A stretch of 64,000 nucleotides of DNA from Gammaproteobacteria bacterium (GTDB lineage Bacteria; Pseudomonadota; Gammaproteobacteria; SZUA-140). How positions within the stretch are numbered: the first letter of the stretch is position 1; the number at the start of each line of letters is the position of its first letter. The notes under the pieces were generated by a model. That model was not told where the DNA came from. It was given only the letters and a program-made list of their open reading frames with translations, and did no database searches. Position numbers and translations under genes: made by a program. The stretch spans positions 12,300 through 76,299 of the forward strand of contig WFNO01000122.1 in assembly GCA_015488555.1 (NCBI GenBank). The letters are read 5' to 3'. Of the stretch, positions 59,240 to 64,000 are shown one piece after another.

Positions 59240-59333
59240 TGTTTCCCTCGCTGCTCTTCAATTCTGGAGTTTCATGGCAATTCGCACGCGGTCACCTGAT
59301 AAACTTGTCCGCTTTCCCGTTTCGATGCCCGCA

Positions 59334-59891
59334 TCACTCCGTTGCCGAAGCAGTGCGGGTAGCCGCCTGCGCATCTTTCACTAGCCCGTGCTTGACATAG
59401 TTGACCACGTGCCAGCGCTCCTCCACTGTCAGGTCGTTGCCACCACGCAAGTCTTCTCGCCCAGTAGGTTTACCGTAGGCGGGCATGACGAAGCTACCAA
59501 AAGTGATGGTGCCAAAGATCCAACCCTCGGTCAGGGTTTCCTGCACGTAACTATCTACCAAGCTGATGGCACCAATCTTACTAGCCACGGGCGAATCGGC
59601 CTTGCCGGTCAAGCCGTGACAGGCCGCACAATAGATCTTGTACAACACGCGGCCTTTGTCCAGAGACTCGGCGCTCACAGGAATGGGATTTTTCAAGTCC
59701 CGGGATTCTTCGCGATTGGAAACGGGGGTGGGGACACCCATTACCGGGATGGAACGCGCTGGGAAGGGTGCCATCTCCCCTTCCTGGGGTTTGATACTGG
59801 GCTGGTTCATCATGTCTGTAGACCACGGCCAGGCCAGCGCCAAACTGGGCACCCCCAGGGCCAACAACAACGATATGCACAGTTTTTTCAT
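59334..59891 (-). CDS. actE: alternative complex III monohaem cytochrome c subunit ActE
   Basis: Single CAACH. WPWSTDMMNQPSIKPQE ActE-type N-terminus. Lipoprotein-like signal. Confidence 0.8.
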   Translation of the reverse strand: MKKLCISLLLALGVPSLALAWPWSTDMMNQPSIKPQEGEMAPFPARSIPVMGVPTPVSNREESRDLKNPIPVSAESLDKGRVLYKIYCAACHGLTGKADSPVASKIGAISLVDSYVQETLTEGWIFGTITFGSFVMPAYGKPTGREDLRGGNDLTVEERWHVVNYVKHGLVKDAQAATRTASATE

Positions 59892-60418
59892 TATTTGATA
59901 ACCTCTTCCCGGATTTCCAAGGCCTGATGCTCGTTGAACAGCTCCTTCAGGGGCTCGATGTACTTTTCTTCCACCTCGAGTTCGATCCCCACTTGGTCCA
60001 GGGTCACCTTTTCACTGTACAGGCTCTTGCGTCGGCGAAACAGGCGGGCCCCCAAAATGAACCCCACCAGGGTGAACAGCACACCGAACAAGATGAGCAT
60101 CTCGTAGACGAGCACGAAATTGGTGGGCAGCGGCACTACCGGTTTGCCCCCCTGTGGCTGTACCAGGAAAGTCGCCTGGGCTGAGGTCAGGAACAGAAAA
60201 CCAAAGGTCATACCGAACAATGCACCGACCAGGGTGAATTTGGGCACATGGCATGGGCGCTCGCCCAGCACTTCTTCGATCTCTGGGTGTTCGATGGGCG
60301 AGATCACCGTTACATCGTCTACGGACACTCCCGGCACCTTGTAGTGGCGGATGTCCGAGACAGCAGCAAAGGCCTCGTCAAAATTGCTGAACAACGCCAG
60401 TATACGACCCTTTCTCAT
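59891..60418 (-). CDS. actD: alternative complex III membrane subunit ActD (DUF3341)
   Basis: 175 aa, two TM helices, SNFDEAFAAV start typical of DUF3341. Confidence 0.75.
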   Translation of the reverse strand: MRKGRILALFSNFDEAFAAVSDIRHYKVPGVSVDDVTVISPIEHPEIEEVLGERPCHVPKFTLVGALFGMTFGFLFLTSAQATFLVQPQGGKPVVPLPTNFVLVYEMLILFGVLFTLVGFILGARLFRRRKSLYSEKVTLDQVGIELEVEEKYIEPLKELFNEHQALEIREEVIK

Positions 60419-60420
60419 AA

Positions 60421-61872
60421 CTACGCTCCCTCCAATCCAGGCGTTCCGGGTGATCCTTGGCCGCCTGCCTGCCCGCTAGCAGGCTGAGCGGTCGGTTTGG
60501 GATCGGTGGCTCGGCGGTGCATGACCGCAGCAATCTCCTTGTTGGCGATGTGACGCCGGTGAAAGATCATTTCCTTCACTTCATACATGGAGACCGACGG
60601 GATCACCTTGACGAAGATCAGGAACAACAGACCAAACCAGCCGAAGCTGCCCAAGACGATGAACCACTGTACCCAGTTGGCCCACATGACGTCGAATGCG
60701 AAGGGATGATAGGCCATAGACAGGGTGGGGGCTACGATCATCCAACGCTCTAACCACATGCCCACGTTGAGCAATATGGAGACCACGAACATAACGGGGA
60801 TATTGGTGCGCATTTTCTCGAAGGCCATGACGAAAGGCAGCACCGATCCCAGGATCAACATCGCCCAAAAATATGGCGAATACGGTCCTGTGAACTTGGC
60901 GATGAGCAGCTCCTTGGCCACCGCATCGTGACCGTACCACACGGAAGCGAACTCGATTAGGTTCAGGTAGGTCCAGACCATGGCGATGGCAAAAGTCAGC
61001 TTGCAGGTCTTGTCCAAGATGGGCAAGGTCATGTAGTCCTCGAAGCGGAAGAAATACCGCAAGAGGATGAACAGGGTGATAATCGCAGCACAGCCTGAAT
61101 ACAAGGCACCAGCCACGAAGTACGGCGGGAAAGTGGTCACGTGCCAGCCAGGCATGATGGACATGGCGAAATCCGAGGAGACGATGGAATGCACGGACAC
61201 CGCCAGCGGAATCAGAAAACAGGCCATGATGAGATAGGTCTTGCGGAAATTGCGCCATTGCCGGTCATCTCCACGCCAGCCCAGCGACAAGATGGTATAG
61301 AGCTTCTTGCGCCAGCCAGTGGCGCTGTCACGGCAGATGGCCAGATCGGGAATAGAACCGATGTACAGAAACAATGCTGAAGAAGTGAGATAGGTAAAGA
61401 TGGCGAAGGCGTCCCACACCAGCGGTGAGCGGAAGTTGGGCCAGATTCCGCGATCGCTGAAATAGGGCAACACCCAATACATGTTCCACAACCGTCCCAG
61501 ATGGATGACCGGGAACAGTCCTGCGGTCATCAAGGTGAAGGTGGTCATGGCTTCGGCGAAGCGATAGATGGGTTTACGCCAGTCAGCCTGGGTAATGTGG
61601 AGAATGGCCGACAACAGGGTGCCAGAATGGCTCATGCCAATCCAGAAGATGAAGGTAGCGATATAGAGATCCCACATGTGGGGCCAGTTGAGCTTGCCCA
61701 CGCCCATGCCCACACGGTACTGATAGATTTCAGCGATGATGGCCAGAGCCAGCAACAACAAACAGACCCCTACGGCCAGCCAGTAGCCCATACGAGGATT
61801 CTCCATGGAGCGGAGCACGTCCTCGTTGATCTTCGCCCATCGTATATCTTCGTTGATGTCTTTGCTCTGCAT
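60421..61872 (-). CDS. actC: alternative complex III quinol-oxidising membrane subunit ActC (NrfD/PsrC family)
   Basis: 483 aa, about 10 TM, NrfD-like. Confidence 0.8.
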   Translation of the reverse strand: MQSKDINEDIRWAKINEDVLRSMENPRMGYWLAVGVCLLLLALAIIAEIYQYRVGMGVGKLNWPHMWDLYIATFIFWIGMSHSGTLLSAILHITQADWRKPIYRFAEAMTTFTLMTAGLFPVIHLGRLWNMYWVLPYFSDRGIWPNFRSPLVWDAFAIFTYLTSSALFLYIGSIPDLAICRDSATGWRKKLYTILSLGWRGDDRQWRNFRKTYLIMACFLIPLAVSVHSIVSSDFAMSIMPGWHVTTFPPYFVAGALYSGCAAIITLFILLRYFFRFEDYMTLPILDKTCKLTFAIAMVWTYLNLIEFASVWYGHDAVAKELLIAKFTGPYSPYFWAMLILGSVLPFVMAFEKMRTNIPVMFVVSILLNVGMWLERWMIVAPTLSMAYHPFAFDVMWANWVQWFIVLGSFGWFGLLFLIFVKVIPSVSMYEVKEMIFHRRHIANKEIAAVMHRRATDPKPTAQPASGQAGGQGSPGTPGLEGA

Positions 61873-61937
61873 CTTCTATCCCAAAAATGTTCGAAGTTCA
61901 GGAATTGTTGTAGTGTCAAACCCCAGATCGTGGTGCT

Positions 61938-62810
61938 TTAGACCTCCCGCACCCGTTCCAGATACATCACGCAGGGTTCAGTGTTCAGCTTCTCGAATAC
62001 ACGATAGCCCCGCAGCTCCGGATTCTGTTTGGTCTGCTTGGTCTTACCCAGCTCCACTTGATGGGCGCGCCACAGATTGGCTACTTCAGTCTCGCCCACA
62101 CCCCCTCCCGGTGTATGTAAGGTGAGCAAATCGCCAAAGACAATAGCTCCCGTGGGACAAGTCTGGGCGCAGGCGGGCAGGAACTCCCCGTCCCGCACCT
62201 TACGATTCTCGCGCCGCGCCTTGTCCTTGGCGGCACGGATGCGCTGCACGCAGAAGGTACATTTTTCCATCACCCCCTTGTCACGCACGGTGAGGTCCGG
62301 ATTCAACTGCATGTGCAAGGGCTCCGGCCAGGAAGATTCGTAATAGGAGAAGAAGTTGAAAAATCGTAGGCGATAAGGGCAGTTATTGGAACAGTAGCGA
62401 GAACCGATGCAGCGGTTGTAGACCTGGGCGTTGAGCCCGTCCGGCGTATGGTAGGTGGCTGCCACCGGACATACGGGTTCGCAGGTGGCGGCATTGCAAT
62501 TCTGGCACATGAACGGGATGAAACTGGCCCCATGATGATTGAATTCCTGCACCCGATCTTCGCCCAGATCGGGCTCGTCCCAATAACGCTCGATACGCAT
62601 CCAATGCATAGCCTGGCCATCGTAGAATTTCTGTTCTCCCACCACCGCCAAGTTGTTCTCAGCATAGCAGGCCACAGCGCAGGCATTACAGCCGATACAC
62701 TTGTTGAGATCGACCGCCATACCCCACATGTGCTCGTAGTCATGGAAACCGCCTTCTTCGATGCCCTTGCGGTACCTGGACCAGTCCGTGAAAAGATTCT
62801 TCAGCGACAT
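61938..62810 (-). CDS. actB: ActB2-like 4Fe-4S ferredoxin-type iron-sulfur subunit of ACIII
   Basis: CIGCNACAVAC, CQNCNAATCEPVCP, CIGSRYCSNNCP and CTFCVQR cluster motifs. ATG overlaps the upstream stop (ATGA). Confidence 0.8.
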   Translation of the reverse strand: MSLKNLFTDWSRYRKGIEEGGFHDYEHMWGMAVDLNKCIGCNACAVACYAENNLAVVGEQKFYDGQAMHWMRIERYWDEPDLGEDRVQEFNHHGASFIPFMCQNCNAATCEPVCPVAATYHTPDGLNAQVYNRCIGSRYCSNNCPYRLRFFNFFSYYESSWPEPLHMQLNPDLTVRDKGVMEKCTFCVQRIRAAKDKARRENRKVRDGEFLPACAQTCPTGAIVFGDLLTLHTPGGGVGETEVANLWRAHQVELGKTKQTKQNPELRGYRVFEKLNTEPCVMYLERVREV

Positions 62811-64000
62811 CACGCGCCTCCTTCTGTACGCTCAAAGACATCCGCCGTCACAGTAGCGACAATCTTGCGACCCAGCTGAGACTCGCTGCCGCCCAACTTG
62901 ACGAACAGCTCCTTGCGCTCGGTGCGAGCCACTTGAACCGACGTGGCCACCGCGGCCAATTCCCCGGTCTTGGCGTCCGTCACCGGCTTGATAATCTTCA
63001 AGGGATTGACGCCGCGCCCTTTGGCATAGCGCCCATAGGCCTCATGCCCCTGGCCCATGGGCACGGCAATCGCATCGGGATGGATGCCTTTATATACATA
63101 GACGTTGGCCTCGATGGTTCCTTCCGGTGAGGTGATGCGCACGGCATCACCGGTCTTGACGCCCAGCTTGCGGGCGGTTCGGGGGTGCAATTCAGCCCAA
63201 GAGTTCCACACCACTTTGGTGATCTGATCCGGAGCCTCCTGTAACCAGGGAATGTTGGCATGACGCCCGTCCCACATACCCAAGCGAGCGGCAGGTATGA
63301 GGCGCAGACCGGACTCACCGCCACCCTGTGGCACCTCGATGTCGGCCACTTTGACAGTGAGTCGTCCCTCACCCACAGGCACCTTGACCACGCCCTTCTG
63401 CAAGGCAGCGACCCAGAAGTCCTCGTCCCCAGCTCCATTCTTGAGCACGCTCGGCAGGGCAGTGAAAGCGGCGCGCAGATAAGCGTAGTAATCCGCATAG
63501 TCTTGATAGCCGGGCGCCTGGTACATCTTGAGCAGGCTCAGAAGGATGTCCCCGAAACCGCGGGTCTCCGGATAGAGCGGCTCCATGAGTGGCTGCTGGA
63601 TGCTGATCACAGCCTCTGTACCCTGATAAGCTGGCACGTGGGTACCCCAATCTTCCAGCGGCGAGCGTAGCGGCAGGACTAGATCAGCCGCCAACGTGGT
63701 CTCATCCTGGAACATGGACAGGGCCACCTTGAACCCGACACCCTTCAGCTTGCCGGCCAGATCCAATCCCTTGGGCGCGGCATAGACGGGATTGGCCCCA
63801 CGGAAGAACACCACGTCATACCGCTGCTCCTCCAAGGCCCGTGCAAAGTCCAACAGGGCGCGACTGTCGCCACTGCGCGCCACCAGCTGGGGGAAGGGAA
63901 AGTCGCCAGCCGATTCGATAGTCTCGCCCACATTGCCCAGGATGACGTTGAGCAACATGATGGCCGAGACGATCTCGTAGCCCTGCTCGTGTCCTTCGGC
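62810..64000 (-). CDS. actB: ActB1-like molybdopterin-oxidoreductase-fold subunit of ACIII (C-terminal part; gene continues beyond window)
   Basis: C-terminal molybdopterin dinucleotide-binding-like domain (RITSPEGTIEANVYVYKGIHPDAIAVPMGQGH). The ORF is open to the window edge. Confidence 0.7.
   Translation of the reverse strand, partial: AEGHEQGYEIVSAIMLLNVILGNVGETIESAGDFPFPQLVARSGDSRALLDFARALEEQRYDVVFFRGANPVYAAPKGLDLAGKLKGVGFKVALSMFQDETTLAADLVLPLRSPLEDWGTHVPAYQGTEAVISIQQPLMEPLYPETRGFGDILLSLLKMYQAPGYQDYADYYAYLRAAFTALPSVLKNGAGDEDFWVAALQKGVVKVPVGEGRLTVKVADIEVPQGGGESGLRLIPAARLGMWDGRHANIPWLQEAPDQITKVVWNSWAELHPRTARKLGVKTGDAVRITSPEGTIEANVYVYKGIHPDAIAVPMGQGHEAYGRYAKGRGVNPLKIIKPVTDAKTGELAAVATSVQVARTERKELFVKLGGSESQLGRKIVATVTADVFERTEGGA

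Noticed and set aside
1-64000. CRISPR arrays, IS elements, integrases or phage genes.
   Set aside because: No spaced direct repeats and no transposase- or integrase-like ORFs seen. The only mobile-like elements are the three non-coding MITE-like repeats.

Overview
This is a high-GC, gene-dense proteobacterial chromosome segment. The E. coli-like CRP, E. coli-type SpeD and L13/S9 proteins suggest a gammaproteobacterium. Genes read in order, with frequent ATGA stop/start overlaps.

Housekeeping and conserved content:
- A GGDEF-EAL sensor.
- Two kinase-less Reg_prop beta-propeller proteins.
- A complete System I cytochrome c maturation operon, ccmABCDEFGHI, followed by a TlpA-like thioredoxin and a class I cytochrome c.
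- A MoxR/DUF58/VWA/TPR/BatD (Bat-like) operon.
- rplM-rpsI and a tRNA-Gln(CUG).
- (2Fe-2S) ferredoxin, a GlcF-like Fe-S protein, coq7, speD, a VOC protein, osmC and crp.
- An AI-2E transporter, trpCDGE, gph and rpe.
- At the right edge, an alternative complex III operon (actB1 partial, actB2, C, D, E, F).

The standout is a minus-strand accessory cluster of about 19 kb, 22.6-41.3 kb. It encodes an 11-haem and a 4-haem cytochrome that share a doubled-CXXCH N-terminal module, three small trihaem cytochromes, and a 605-aa outer-membrane beta-barrel with a SurA-like parvulin. Two further porin-like barrels, two tandem NHL beta-propeller lipoproteins and a lipoprotein with an amicyanin-like type-1 copper motif are also present. 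A dedicated System II ResB/CcsA pair sits next to the big cytochrome even though System I is present in the same window. I read this as a candidate, apparently uncharacterised porin-cytochrome-cupredoxin extracellular electron transfer module.

Also present are three copies of a roughly 140-bp MITE-like palindromic intergenic repeat and several small tandem repeats in leaders.
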